Notes: generated by a model not told the origin, from the sequence alone. Positions 1 to 12,689 are shown, numbered from the stretch's first letter. The stretch is 64,000 nt of DNA from Chiloscyllium plagiosum (GCF_004010195.1 NC_057716.1:26616242-26680241), one strand, 5' to 3'. Numbers and translations: made by a program.

Positions 1-605
1 AGAATTGGGTGCAATCAGGTTGGATGTATTTGGGGTTATTTTGATGGTTGGCAAAGCTCTGATATACCTTACTATAGTATGGCTAAGTGAGCATCACTGA
101 TGCAATTATGAAAGGGTTGTTGCTGATAGTAGCTGTCCTGGTGTTTGCTGTGATTGTCAATTTACTGAACTTTATTTACTGCTTTACACAATTTACTGAT
201 AACAATGCATCCCTTTCTTCACCTGTTTTGAAAGTTATTTTGCATTAAACCTCCACAGTGAACAGAAAGAGAATTAGTAAGAGGAGGCTACCTTCCCTGC
301 CCTGGGTGCAAGCCTAAAGCTCAAAAATGAAGTTATCACCTGTAATCAAGTCCACCTAATCGCCATTAGTCATTGATATTCTTGGAAATGAAAACTGCAT
401 TGTAATCAATGTGCTTGTAATCAGTAGGGAATGTCCACCCTTCTCTCCCAAGCACCAGATCAGAAATATAGCATCACTTTCTCCACAGCCTCAAAGATAT
501 GACTTTAAAGAATCTTGAGCTTTGAAGGGAGGCCATTTGTATCTCTGCTGTCTCTTTGAATAAGCTATCCAATTAGTCCAACACTCTTGCCCTTTTCCCA
601 TAGCC

Positions 606-1110
606 ATGAGACCATAAGAAATAGGAAAAAGAATAAGCCATTTGGTGCTTTGAGCCTGCTCCATCATTAATAGGATCATGGCTGATCTGAGGTTCCTCAC
701 ATCCAGTTTCCTGCTCCTTGGATGCTGCCTGACCTGCTGCGCTTTTCCAGCAACACATTTTCAGCTCTGATCTCCAGCATCTGCAGTTCTCACTTTCTCC
801 TTTCCCCATAACCCTTGATTTCCCCTACTGATGAAGAATCTATCTGTTTTAGCCTTATATATGCACAAGGACTCTGCAACCTCCTGCTCTCTGTGGCATG
901 GAGTTCCAAAGTCACACAACACTCCGAGAGAAAAAATTGCTCCTCATCTCAGTCTTAAATTAGTGCTCCTTTATTCTGAGACTATGATGTCTGGTGCTAG
1001 ATTATCCCATGGGGGGACGCATCCTCTCAGCATTTATCCAGGACCCACTTAGTCATTGTAAGCATTACCTGTTCAACTCTTTATCCAGTCCTATCTTGAG
1101 AGTTACAGTT
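606..1110 (-). mobile_element. Degraded CR1-type LINE 3' end, interrupted by a Penelope terminal fragment
   Basis: Typical reverse-strand CR1 tail (cataagaaatagg...gagcctgctcc...gatcatggctgatctg). Homology resumes at ~801 (ttccccataacccttgatt). Confidence 0.7.
702..800 (+). mobile_element. Penelope-like element terminal (pLTR) fragment
   Basis: cctgctccttggatgctgcctgacctgctgcgcttttccagcaacacattttcagctctgatctccagcatctgcag is nearly identical to the termini at 20080-20170, 26005-26090 and 58280-58335. Confidence 0.8.
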
Positions 1111-1949
1111 GAATTCTCATCCTCATCCTTCTCCCCTTCATGTAACACATTCCAAATCATCACAGCTCTGTGGAAAAAAACCTGTCTCTTTGTGAGTTAG
1201 TCCCTGGGAGTGGAAGCAGTTTCTCCTTATTTACTGTATCAAGAAGCCCTTATAAACTTAAACTTATTTGTTAAGCATGCCATTAACTTTCTTTTCTCTA
1301 AAGACAGCAATTGTGAATAAAGAAACAGTGGGCCATCCCTGGAATTCCTCGTGGCATTAATTGGATACATAGATATAAGTGGGTCCAACATCTCAAGCCA
1401 GTCCTGAAAATAAAAAATGCTGGAAATCACAGCAGGTCAGGCAGCATCTGTGGAGAGACAGCAAGCTAATGTTTTGAGTGTAGATGACTCTTCACCTCTA
1501 GCCAGTTTAATGGGTGTCACAGCTTTCCTTAACAAAGGGACAAAAGAACAGATAGAAATAAAGTGAATGCGATGGGGAGTTAGGATCCAGAACAGAGAAT
1601 TACATCAGGGCAAATAACCAGATCCCATGGCTCTAGGACACCAGCCGTGCTCATCTCAGAGGCAAGACCCACTGTGTTCAGGGGTCAGACCTGTGGGCCT
1701 GGGCAAGGAGCAACGCGGGGGTCTGTGATTTCACTCCCAGCTCTCATGGGGCAGCAATGCCTGCAACAGTAGAAGCCAATACATGCTATATGTGGAGAAA
1801 TAGCAGGATGCAGGGCAGTATACATAGACAACCTCGTAGTAATTGGTCAGTGCCTTGCCTCACTTGGTTGCACTCTTACCTTCAAATTAAAAGACAGATA
1901 ATCCAAACCCCATGGAGACTTGATCACATAATTCAGACTGGCATTGCAG

Positions 1950-2290
1950 CACTGTTTAATTTAAGGGTTGCATTGTCATGGATGTCACATTTCAGGGGAG
2001 ACCATAACCTGAAGCCATACCTGCTCTCCCTGTTTTGTAGATTTTAAAAAAAGTCAGCACTATTTGGAAAACAAAGGGAATTCACTCTGAAATCTTAACC
2101 CCTATTTATTCTTCAACCAACACTTAAGTAGATGTCTTGGTCGTTTAACTCATTGCTGTTGTGGGACCTTGCTGCTTGGAAATTGGTTGTTTCATTTCCT
2201 AAATTGCAGCAGTTATGGTACTTAAAGTACTTAATTGATGTGCAATGTCCTGAAGCTGTGAAAAGGCACTGAAGAGCAGGCAACTTTGGT
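1950..2290 (+). mobile_element. Degraded Deu-core (SacSINE1/AmnSINE-like) SINE
   Basis: Deu-core motifs tatttattcttcaaccaacac...cattgctgttgtgggaccttgctg...aaattgg...aaagtactt...tcctgaagctgtgaaaaggcact. Related copies occur near 17030-17320, 28305-28640, 33590-33760, 38120-38400, 43290-43470, 45775-46200 and 57840-58410. Confidence 0.65.
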
Positions 2291-3009
2291 GCAGTTTGTG
2301 TTTATGCAAAAGGTTGAGGAGGGGTTCATTTTAATTAAAGCCTGGGAACTGACAGAAAAGGGTCAGCCACCCATTTTTCACCGTGTTATATTATTCTCAA
2401 TTGAGGTTTTCTGGACTTGTTCAGCTAACATTATTCTTTTGTGTTATGAGGCTGCATTTTCCGTACAGGTACACTGGCCCAAAGTACTTCACATTCACAC
2501 GTTTACTGTGAAGTGATTGTTGTGGTGTGGCTCACATGAGATTTGATTCATGTTAACATTTCACAATTGAAGGAATGTCAGACTTTTTCTCAAGATAACT
2601 CAAAAAAATGCAAGTTAGTCAGGACGCCAGATGAATTATTTTCTCTTTGCCAAATAATATGGGTTTTTAAGGCATTCAGTTGAAACCAAGGAAAAGCGCC
2701 TTTGGATTCTGCCCAAGTTATTATTGCTACTCCTCACTTTGATCCTTACTTACTGTTCAGATCCTACTCCCAAACACTACTCTCCTTCTCCTTGTCAATA
2801 ACTTATTGCTTTGCCTCTGTGTTTGGTAAAACAAGACCCCCAACTTTCCCCACTGTTTCAGTGTATGTAAATTAAACCCATTTTTCTGTAAAATTAAAAG
2901 TCCTCGAAGAAAGGATATTTCTTAAATAATATTTGCATGGAACAAACTGGCATTGGAGAATATCGCAATACAGACATTCCATGTTGAGTACTGTAGACCG
3001 AAGGACCGC

Positions 3010-4200
3010 ATGGATTCGAGGAAAGGATCCACTAACATCTTCTCAAGGCAGGAATGGTTGGGTAATAAATTTGTCTTTACCAGTATTACATGTATCCGGA
3101 ACAATAAACAAAAATTTGAAGAGAGAGAATTTTAGTTTTGCAAATTTTGAACAATAATTAATATCTGAAGGAATGATATTGATTGTAAATTCTGAGCCAG
3201 CATTTACTGCCTGGCTCCAGTAGTCCACCACCACCCACTCGAGTAACTAGGGATATGCAGTAAATGCTGGCCCAGCTCATGACGGCCATGTCCCATGAGT
3301 GAATTTAAAAAGAAACAAAATGGTAACAAAGCAAACCTCAATGCAGTTTTTATTTCCATGAATACCAATGACCATGGGTGATTTGGTTGGCTGGATTACA
3401 AACAGTTATTTCACTTATGGAGTTTGGGCTTGAGCCAAAGCCAGGTGGTAGGATGACAGTCTACTCCTTGTTGCTTTCTATTGACTGTGAAGGTTTGATG
3501 CAAAATGAATTTCAGTATAACTGAAGTGAGGGATGCCATGTTACAATGAAGTATAAAATCACACAACACCAGGTTGTAGTCCAACAAAAACCCGTTTGGA
3601 CTATAACTTGGTATTGTGTGGTTATTTTATCCTGTCCACCCCAGCCGAATACAGGCACCTCCTCATCATGTTACAACAAACACGAAAAAGTGCAAGTGCT
3701 GGAAATATGAAATAAAAACAGAGTTGGTGGAGAAACTCAGCTGCTCTGGCAGCATCTTTAGAGAGAAAAGCAGAGTTAACGTTAAGAGTCCAACAATGAA
3801 GGGTCACTAGACTCGAAACATTAACCTTGATTTTTCTCTCAACAAATGCTGCCATTCAATATTACAAAGTTGTAAATAAATTGACAATTGCAAACCGTGG
3901 ACACAAGGATAACTCCTGCAATAGTAACACTGTTTTAATTGCAAACTATTGATGCTCACTTAAGCCATGCTCCTGCAATGAGGTAGATCAGAGCTTTCCT
4001 AGCATTTTAAAACAAAAGAATTTACATTCAGTGTCATTCCTTCAGATAATAATTATTGTCCGAAATTTGCAAAACTAAAGTTCTCTCTCTTAAAGATTAT
4101 GTTAATTGTTCAAGGTACATTCAATACTGGTAAAGACAAATTTATTACCCAATCATTCCAACCTTGAGAAGATGTTTCTGGATTTTTTCCTTGAATGCAT
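3010..4200. repeat. Long-range inverted repeat: arms 3010-3193 and 4017-4200
   Basis: Manual alignment of the left arm to the reverse complement of the right arm is ungapped over 184 nt, with 26 differences (~86% identity). Confidence 0.95.
3555..3665. mobile_element. Short inverted Penelope pLTR remnant
   Basis: aaaatcacacaacaccaggttgtagtccaa...ttggactataacttggtattgtgtgg forms a hairpin. Same family as the terminus at 36385-36458. Confidence 0.7.
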
Positions 4201-6599
4201 ATGCTGAATGCAATTTCTCAGCATGATAAACATGAACATTTAACAGAGTAAACAGTGATCGCTCATGCATAAATACTTTTCTGATCTACACAAGCTCCCA
4301 GTTTGACAGTGCCTTGATTTTAAGGTGTTATCAATATGTACAGATCTCTCCATGCTTGTAGAAGTTCATTTCAGAATTAGAGAATCTGTTCAGTAGTAAT
4401 TAAGACTAATTACATTGTTAAAAGGGTACTTACACTGGAGTGAACGAATGAAGTTAAAGACAGCAATTTCATGTTAAAATTAGAAGTTTCTGTCTAATTT
4501 CCATCTAAATAATGCTGAGCACTGATAGCCTTACCTTTATTTCAAACATAAAATTCCAACCCATTGAGTTTCAGAAAATATCATAAAACATGGGAACAAT
4601 GCATGAGTGGCTTATCAGTTGTGTCTGACCCCAAGAAACATTACAATCTGGAAGCACAATTCTGCTTATTTCTTATTCTTCTATATATTAATACTGACTC
4701 TTTCACCAGAGTTCAATGCTGCGGGCACATTCACAGACAATAGCCTGCTTCAATTGAATCGTTATTTTAATACTAACCAGCACATCATTTACACGAGCGG
4801 GATATTAGTTTTTACTTTTTGGTTAGGGGAGTACTGTACCATATAAGTGTTGCTCATGCAATACAGATTAAAGATGCACAGATTCCGTGCATGTGTGAGA
4901 GACAGAGATGTAGATTCTCCATGTACATCATTGACAATATAACCTTATGGGTGTAAGCAGTAGTGGTTTCTGCCTTTCGTAGCATCCACTTCAATTAGCA
5001 CTTGAAAAGATTTCTGTTGCAGGTTGGGGAAGTGTGATTGAACCTGCAGGTATTAGAGTGCTTGTGAATAAGGTTCACTTATAAAGAAACCACCAAGAGA
5101 CTTATTTTTATCCTTCTTTTAAAACCACAGCCATTATCAGCCAGTCCACAGTTAAGTGGCACAGTTGTGGGTCTCAGCAGTATGTTCCTTATTTAGTCTT
5201 CAGCATCTTGAGGTTGTGAAATGCATCACGTAGTACATAGAATCCATTAATGCATCCGCTGGTGTGTAAGGGCTGGACTTGTTTTTCACCATAGCCTCAT
5301 TTGAGACCTCAAGTCCTTTTGCAAAATAATTTGCTGGAGGAACTGTCTAGCAAACACCAAAGAGCAATTCAAAAGGGCAGAAGCTGCAAATGAGCATGAG
5401 AGTCGATCTATGCAGTAATAGAGTCCATTACTAACCTTTATATAGCCTTTACCCAGTGGAAGAGTATCTTGGCATCGAAGTTTTTTTAGTGGGCCGGGGG
5501 CGGGGGGGGTCCAATTATTACCCTGCTTCTTTTTTAAATAACAGAGAGGCTATTGGCGTTCAGGTTCTGTCTTTAGCTGTGGACATGTTTGGGAACTGAG
5601 AGCTGACACTGTGCAGACAGCCCTGTTTTGGTTTCTTTGTCAATTGATAGGGGTTTCCGACATAACTAAAACATCTGAGAGGTCGTTAGTCAAACTGGAG
5701 CTGCTGTAGTCAAACAAGAATCCCCTTCACACACACAGCACCGAGGGTTTTGAGGAACGTGCCAAGCCTGCTGGGCGTACACGACAGTGGTAGAGAGTTT
5801 AATTTGAATTGGAGTAGTGTTTTCCTAATGATCCCTATACACAGTCAACTCATTGTCAAGACAGGGGCTTTCAGGTTCAGCCTCCACACTTGTCGAGCAT
5901 TGTATCCCTCTGAAAGAGGAATCCCAGTGTGAATTCCAGCCAACCAGTCGGTCCAAGAGGGAGCGTCCTGTGGTTATATTTGTTTTGAGAAGAGGCTTGA
6001 AATGTTCCACTGAATGGTGTTACAGCCTTCGATCAGGTCGTACAAGCTTGCAGAAAGAAACCATTGTGCAAGACACTGGCAGGTTGCTTTGCAATGTATT
6101 CACAAAAGCCTCCTTGTCTAAGCTGTGTTGAACTTTGGCCTCCCAATTTTAGGGATAGTTTGTAAAGGAGTGATGTTTGTTTCTCTGCATATGTTGGTAA
6201 ATTGATTCTGCTTCTTTAACTGTGGGGAGCACGGTGCAGAGTGAAGAAGAAAGATTTGGAGAAAAACAGAAGAAACTAAATCTGCAGATGATTTGTATCC
6301 GGGAAAATTAGTAAAAAGAGTGCAAAATGAAATTAGAGAATTGAACTGCATGCCACCCAGAAAGCAGCAGGAAGTGAGAGCAAGCTGAGATGAACCTTGG
6401 GAATTGATTCTGTTATTTCAGGTAGAGGGACAAATGTCTGGAAGCAGAAAAGCTTCTATTTCCGTATTAAAGCACCTATTATATCTGCTTCAGAATTTCC
6501 AGAACAACTTAAATATAACAACATCTTTCACAAAAGTTTTCTTTTATTAAATGGGTTGGAGGGGGGTGCGGTGCGGGGTGCAGGATACAGGAACTTTAT

Positions 6600-6920
6600 T
6601 AACGGTTTTTCTTCTAATTGACCTGTAACAATGGTAGCATCCTTGCAATCTGTAAAAGTTGATGGTCATGTAGCAAGTAACCCACTACAGATGGGGAGTC
6701 AAGAGTGTGGTGTGGCACACTTTCTCCTAGTCCAGATGGGGAGTCTTTATATGGCATTTGTTTTTTCACATTCTTATCAGATATCATGCCAGCTGAATAA
6801 GTCCCCAAGAAGCTGTGGTTGCTGGTTCCATCTTTTACCAAATGAGAGTTCTGCGGCTTCATCGACAGTTGAGCTTTAGTGATTCCAAGCTTTATCAATA
6901 CCTCATTGCCTGCTAAATAT
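6600..6920 (-). mobile_element. Old RTE-clade LINE reverse transcriptase fragment
   Basis: A minus-strand frame contains DCKDATIVT, matching the RTE motif D(F)KDA.IV. Heavily decayed. Confidence 0.4.
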
Positions 6921-7019
6921 TTGTGAGCTAACTTTGTTCTAGCAACTGTGCAAAATGCTGGTATTTGGCTTCACTACTTATGCAATTAACCTAGTTGCCC
7001 TTATAATGTTGCCCCTTCC

Positions 7020-7372
7020 AAGATCACTGCAATCTTCCAGTTCTGACCACTTGAACCTATCTCACCGTTGACAGCTGTACCTTCAGCTGAGTAGCATCAT
7101 ATAAGTTGGAGGATAAACTAGGATGGCCTAAGCTCTTGCGCAAACTCCCCAAATCTTTCTATCTCATGGCTTTGCTTTCTTCCCTAAAGACCTATGGCAT
7201 ACCTGTCTTCCCTGATGACCCTAAACCCTACCCCTTTGATCAAGATTTTAGTCGCTTCACATAATAGCACCTCCTTTGGCTTGGTGCCATATTTTGTCTA
7301 GTGACACCCACGTGATGTGCCTTGGACAGTTTTGCTGTGTTAAAGGAAGTATATAAATGCAAATCATTGTTG
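7020..7372 (+). mobile_element. L2-like LINE 3' end
   Basis: ccttcagctg...ccctaagctct...tttgatcaagattttagtc...ccttggacagttttgctgtgttaaagg...tatataaatgcaa tail. Similar copies near 17330-17505, 39500-40110, 46550-46925 and 57240-57615. Confidence 0.55.
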
Positions 7373-7439
7373 GACAATAGCAATTTGGAAGGCTACACGG
7401 GAGTGCTTAATTAGTCTTCATTAGTTTTACAGTTGCAAG

Positions 7440-7718
7440 AACAAATGAACTATCTTAAAAAGTTATCTTAAAGGGAAATAAAAAGTCAGCATTTCAGCCA
7501 TTTGATTAAAGCTGAAAAGAAATCACTTCTGGAGGGTAAAGTAGAGGGAAGCAAAATGGGCAGACAACAGAGGTGTAGTTGGATGATGGATGTGACAGAG
7601 CAGTTACAGACAAGCTACAGTGGATGTGTGAGGATGGTGCAAAATGGACTAATGTGCTGTACTGCGACAGCAGATCTCCTGCCTGAAGTAGCCAACAGTG
7701 GCAGCAGCAACAATAGTT
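7440..7718 (+). mobile_element. RTE-clade LINE 3' end
   Basis: LLEGKVEGSKMGRQQRCSWMMDV resembles the RTE/BovB C-terminal motif LEGKVEG.R.RGR...W.D. It is followed by a short triplet tail (gcagcagcaacaat). Confidence 0.65.
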
Positions 7719-7721
7719 CTT

Positions 7722-8050
7722 AGTCAAGAGGAATCCTGTTTCCCAAGCTATTTTTTTCCTCAGCTTTTGATTCGATTAAGGTGGGGGTTATAGGATATTG
7801 GGGAATCATTTGATACTGTTGAAGGGGTGGATAATTGAATTCTTCAGCCATTGACCAGGGATCCAAATAAAGTGGAGTGGCGAATTGAACAGCTGGATTT
7901 AAGTGGAAGCTCCAGAAATAAGTGAGTGAGAATGTGGGTATTTTGATAGTTAAAGGCAAGAAACATGGGGAGGATTATTTGGAGTAAAACCATTGGCATC
8001 AACCTATTTGACTGACGGGCTTGTTTCTGTGGTCTAAATTCTATGTAAAT
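7722..8050 (+). mobile_element. CR1 3' end fragment
   Basis: ggatttaagtggaagctccagaaataagtgagtgag...gagtaaaaccattggcatcaacctatt...gggcttgtttctgtg...aattctatgtaa is a CR1-type 3' UTR. Confidence 0.5.
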
Positions 8051-11000
8051 CTGCATCCTGTGATTCTCCATAACAGTGAGTTGCTGAGTTCAGTTGCAGT
8101 TCTGGGGGAAGACAAGTGAAGATCAGGACTTTCCATATGTGGTAAAGATGAGGTCACGCCTTCTTGTATCGATGTGGGAGCTGGCGACCTGCTTCCCGAT
8201 ATTGTTATCTTCTGATGCAGAACATCTGTATGTCCACCAGGGGCAGCAAATGGGTGGGTCACGAACCTTCATAAATGGATCCTGCTGCTGGCAAACAGTC
8301 TTGAGTCCGAGGTCTAATAATTCCTTAAGTTCTTAAAACAACAAGTGCCAAAGCTTGTTTTTGGAGAGAAGTTGGGTGAGGGGAGCTGGAATGGGGATTT
8401 GATGGGAGTCTTCAAAATTTGATTTGTTTTGCTAGTGTAAATAAGATAGAATTGTCATAGTTCGCTGGCAAGTTGGTAAGCATAGCTTGCAAGCTTAACA
8501 TAATTGGAAAAAGAACCAATGAGGAAACAAGTTTTTTTTTAAATTATAATAATTGCTATATGCTGCCAGGAATGTTGATGGAAGCAGTTTCAATAGTAAT
8601 TGTCACATGTGAGTTGGATATACACTTGGAAAAGTAATATGTGCAGGACTGTGAGGAAAGTTAGTCACACTGAAGCAACCTTCTTCTGTATAATTCTGTG
8701 AAACTCAGTCTTTGTAATGGAGAGAATATGAGGCTAGATATTGAGTGCTGAGAACAGGATGCCAAGGTTGGTGATAATGCTGGTTTAGACTTGTAGTATA
8801 AGAGGTTCATGCTAATTGTTAGATTGCATCAGTTCATATGTAGCTGCAACCTGAGGGAGAGAGATTCTGACAAGCCATCCAATAGTCAATCCTTGGAAAT
8901 AATATGCAGCCAATAAAATGTTTGTTAGCTTATAACTGTATGGTCTCCAGCTATCTTCTATCAAAGACATGCAGACCCTTTCATGGTATTAATGAGACAT
9001 TGGGAAATAGAGTCTTGGGAATAAGGGCATAATGATGTCAATTCCCCATTACATTGGCATTCCTGTTGAAAGCAGAGAAGGCTGAAAGGTTGTTTTCTTT
9101 TCTTATAACAACCAACCATTACATCAGAGCCAACTTGTAGTCCAGCCTCTCAATTACAAATAACTGGTTTGATTGTCCATATTCATTTTACAACCACAGC
9201 TAGCAGACACCCCATTGATGTGGGATAGATTTTTATCTAGAATTCCAGAAACCAAACTAAATCATGTGCTTGCCTACTGCACTATTTAGACCCAATCAAA
9301 ATTTCGTAAAACATAAATTTAATGCTATGTCCTTCGTAACTAACTTTTCAAGCCCAATTTCACACCAGGAATAGCAATATAATTCTGTTCAGCTCGATCT
9401 CCTTCACAATCATCTCTCTGTCATATTCAATATCTTGGTGATATAATGATAAATACCGAAATAACATATAGCTTTCGATCAAGACTGCTTCTAAGTATGT
9501 TCTACCCCTTCAATTCAGAATCCAATATTCAAACTTTAGACCGTAACTATAAATCATTTACATGACTAAACTAAACTAAGTGTCAAAGTATTTTACCAAG
9601 CAAATCAAAGCTCCGAAGAGTCTGTTAAAACTGTTTACGAAGAAAATTCCTAGATAAAATCTTTATTCCATGAATTCTTGTGAGAAAAACAACACATAAG
9701 CTGTGTTCACAGACTTGCAAATCTTTCACTCTCCCCTTCCCACCCATCTCTTCTTGCTCTTGTAATTTCCGTTTCTCCTACTACTGTCCTCCCTCCCTTG
9801 GTATGCTTTCCACCCTGTTCTTCCCACCATTAATTCATCCGCCAATCGTTTGGACTGCTCTGGGTAACATTCTTGGACATGTTCTCTACTTCTTATCTGA
9901 ATGCTTCTAATGGTGCAGAACACTGGCCCAATACCTGCATTTTCCACAGGCCAAATAGTAGTTGTTCCAGTGTAGATGAGATTTTACATCTCCCATTGTA
10001 CCTGACATCAAAGGCGTTGCCTGGAAGATTGAAAATTCTGCTGGTCGATTCCCCTACACCTGGAATCCTCCACTGAAACTGGAGAATTCAGAGTCCCAAT
10101 GAAATTAGATAGTTGCTCATGAAAAGTTAGACTATTAAATACATAGTCCAACTCCAGATTTACTATTCAAAAGACCCCTGTACTTCGTTGCATATTGAGA
10201 AATACACTTCTACGAGACAACTTCAACCCCAGGTTCTGACCCATCCTTCCACCAATGACCCTGACCAGGCCAGACCCAAACCTTTTGCCACCAGAGCTGA
10301 CTCCACACACAACCCTGAAGCCGGACTTGACCCGACCATACAGCTCCCCTCATCCCCAGTTGGACCTGAACTGACACCTTAACATCCTCTCCACTTCCCC
10401 CTTTGTAGATTGGACTTGACCTGACCCCTCTTCCACCAGACCCGGCCAGACACCCACGCCCTAACCACCTGGCACACTACCCTCCCAGCTCTCTATCATC
10501 AGACAAACTGTACATACTTACCATTTGACAGTAGCTGTTAAAGTGGCTGTGATTCTGAGCTTATAAATTTCAGAACACAGTAGCTAACTGCTGTTAAATG
10601 GAGGCATGGTTTGCTGTAAGAATAGAAACACACTGCCACATTTCAAAGGTAGGAGCCCTGATCCAAATCTCCTTTCAGGAATGTGGAAAGGACAAAAGAA
10701 GGCTTAGAGCGTCAATCTGCATGAGATTGGCTCTACCTGTGCCTGGATCTCAGCATCAGTGGGTAAACTCCCAATCCTGTAAAGGTTCTGTAATTCTTGG
10801 TCAGAATTCTTGCAAAAAGAGGGCACGGGTTGTTCTGTCAGTGCTTTAGACACCAGATCCCAGAGACGGAGAGAAACTCCAACTTTTCAGGGAATGCTTC
10901 TTCATCAGCACCTCCCAAACCCATACCTACTCACCAGCCATGCATATGAATAGTTAAATAGGTGTCTCATCTCCTCCAGCATGCCAATTTGGAAATACAT

Positions 11001-11156
11001 CATCCATCCTTCGTTGATGGAACTCCTTAACCATGTGTGCTTTGGAGCACATCCCCACACAGGCAACAGTAGTTCAAGAAATTGATTCATTTTCTGAAGG
11101 GTAAGAAAGTTCATATGCAATAAAATGTTTGCCTTGCTGATGACCTCTGTAATGAT

Positions 11157-11362
11157 TGTAATAAGGTCATAGAATTTGAGCTCCCTGATTGGGGCTGTTA
11201 ACCTGGTCCAATCAGGGAGCTCTGGCTGACCGATTAAAAACAGGAGTGTCAGAGGTTCTTTTAACTCTGGCTCTAAGAGAACCGGATCAGTGTCTAGCAC
11301 TTTCCACATGTAAGTAAAGGGTGACTTGGTGTAAGGATACCATTATCTGTGGAGTAATTTCA
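11157..11362 (+). mobile_element. Solo LTR (Gypsy-like)
   Basis: TG...CA termini (tgtaat...atttca), two opposed CCAAT boxes, a TATA-like attaaaaa and a decayed polyA signal agtaaa. No intact TSD seen. Confidence 0.6.
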
Positions 11363-11384
11363 ATCCCTATATTCCAAATAGGTA

Positions 11385-11995
11385 GACCACACAGTTGAGA
11401 AAGCTATTGGAATCCTATCCTTCATTATAAGAGGAATTGCATGTAAAAGTAACAGTGTAATCCTTCAATTATACAGTGAATTGGTGCGACATATTTCAGA
11501 TTCTGTGTGCAGCTTTGGTCTCCTTATAGACGAAAGGATGTTAATGTGTTGGAGGAGGTTCAAAGGAGGTTTACTAGATTGATACCTGTCATGGGCGGGT
11601 TGTCTTATGCAGACAAGTTAGAAAGACTGAGGTTGCTTCCACTAGAGTTTAGGAGAGTGAGGGACGACTTGTATAAGATCCTGAATACTTTTGACAAGGT
11701 GTACCCTTGTGGGTCAGCCAAGAGCTAAGGGGCACTGTTGCAAAATTGGCAGAAACTTTTGTTCTCAGAGGGTTGTGTAACTTTAAAAATCTGCTTTCAC
11801 AAGGCATTGGAGGCGGTGTCTTTCAGTACTTTTCAAACTGGGTTCTTGTGAGGGAACAGAATTGAATATTAATATGGAGGTGGGCATGGGTGGAAGGGAA
11901 TGTGGAATTCGAAACACAAGCAGATCAGCTGTGATCTTATTGAGTAGCAGAACAGGGTCAAGGGGCCGAATGGTCTGTTTCCACTCCTCTTTTAG
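11385..11995 (+). mobile_element. CR1 LINE 3' fragment
   Basis: ORF2 C-terminal peptide QLWSPYRRKDVNVLEEVQRRFTRLIP...LEFRRVRDDL followed by a CR1 3' UTR. Confidence 0.85.
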
Positions 11996-12689
11996 GGTTA
12001 ATGTATTCTAGGAATACATGTTAAAAATCATCAAAGATCACTGATGAGTGACTCGGTATTTCCCATCTCTAAGCCCATTATATTTTATTATAGTTATGCT
12101 TTATTTATTGAAATGAGAATCCCATAAAGCGCAAAATGGATTAGTATGATGATGGTGAAATTATCAACCGACAATAATTTTTCATGTGATTTTTGTGGTA
12201 AGGCTAGTAACCAAGGATTGATGTTTCCGTTTCATTAGAAAGTTCGGGGTCAACCAGAGAATAAAAATCAGCTGTGTAGCAAAAGGTAAAGCTTCACAAT
12301 GATGGTTTGATATCACTATTCACAGTTACATAACACATACACGGTTCCACCTCATTAATCCAGCTGTCAGAGACTGAATCGCCAGATTAAGCAGTCTGCC
12401 ACCTTGATGAAGTTCATACTAATTTATGTATGCTTGTTTTTGAAACCAGTTCTGTCATGTGTTGAGCTTGACAAATTAATGAGGGTTGAAGTGGAGACAT
12501 GAGATTTTTATAGGATCCAGTGTTTTTTCAGTGATGGCGCAATATTTCACATGGCATCAAAGGTGCTTTAGTCTAGAGAGGAAAGATTTAAGAAAAGAAA
12601 AGCAGCCAACAACGCCTTTGATTCAAATCCCATTTGAAAGACAGTATCTCCAACCGGGTGGCATTCGGTCAGTACTCCACTGGATTATG

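Noticed and set aside
2922-3234. Small ORFs overlapping the left arm of the inverted repeat as a duplicated gene
   Set aside because: No recognisable protein or splice signals; the plus-strand frames checked are interrupted by stops in the other arm.
6230-6400. Purine-rich open stretch as another host exon
   Set aside because: No convincing splice-site pair and no resemblance to Par-3 family sequence.
9850-10080. Short similarities to hepadnavirus core (W.RT...Y) and orthomyxovirus PB1 (FPYT..PP)
   Set aside because: Only a few residues match, with no supporting flanking motifs and inconsistent spacing.
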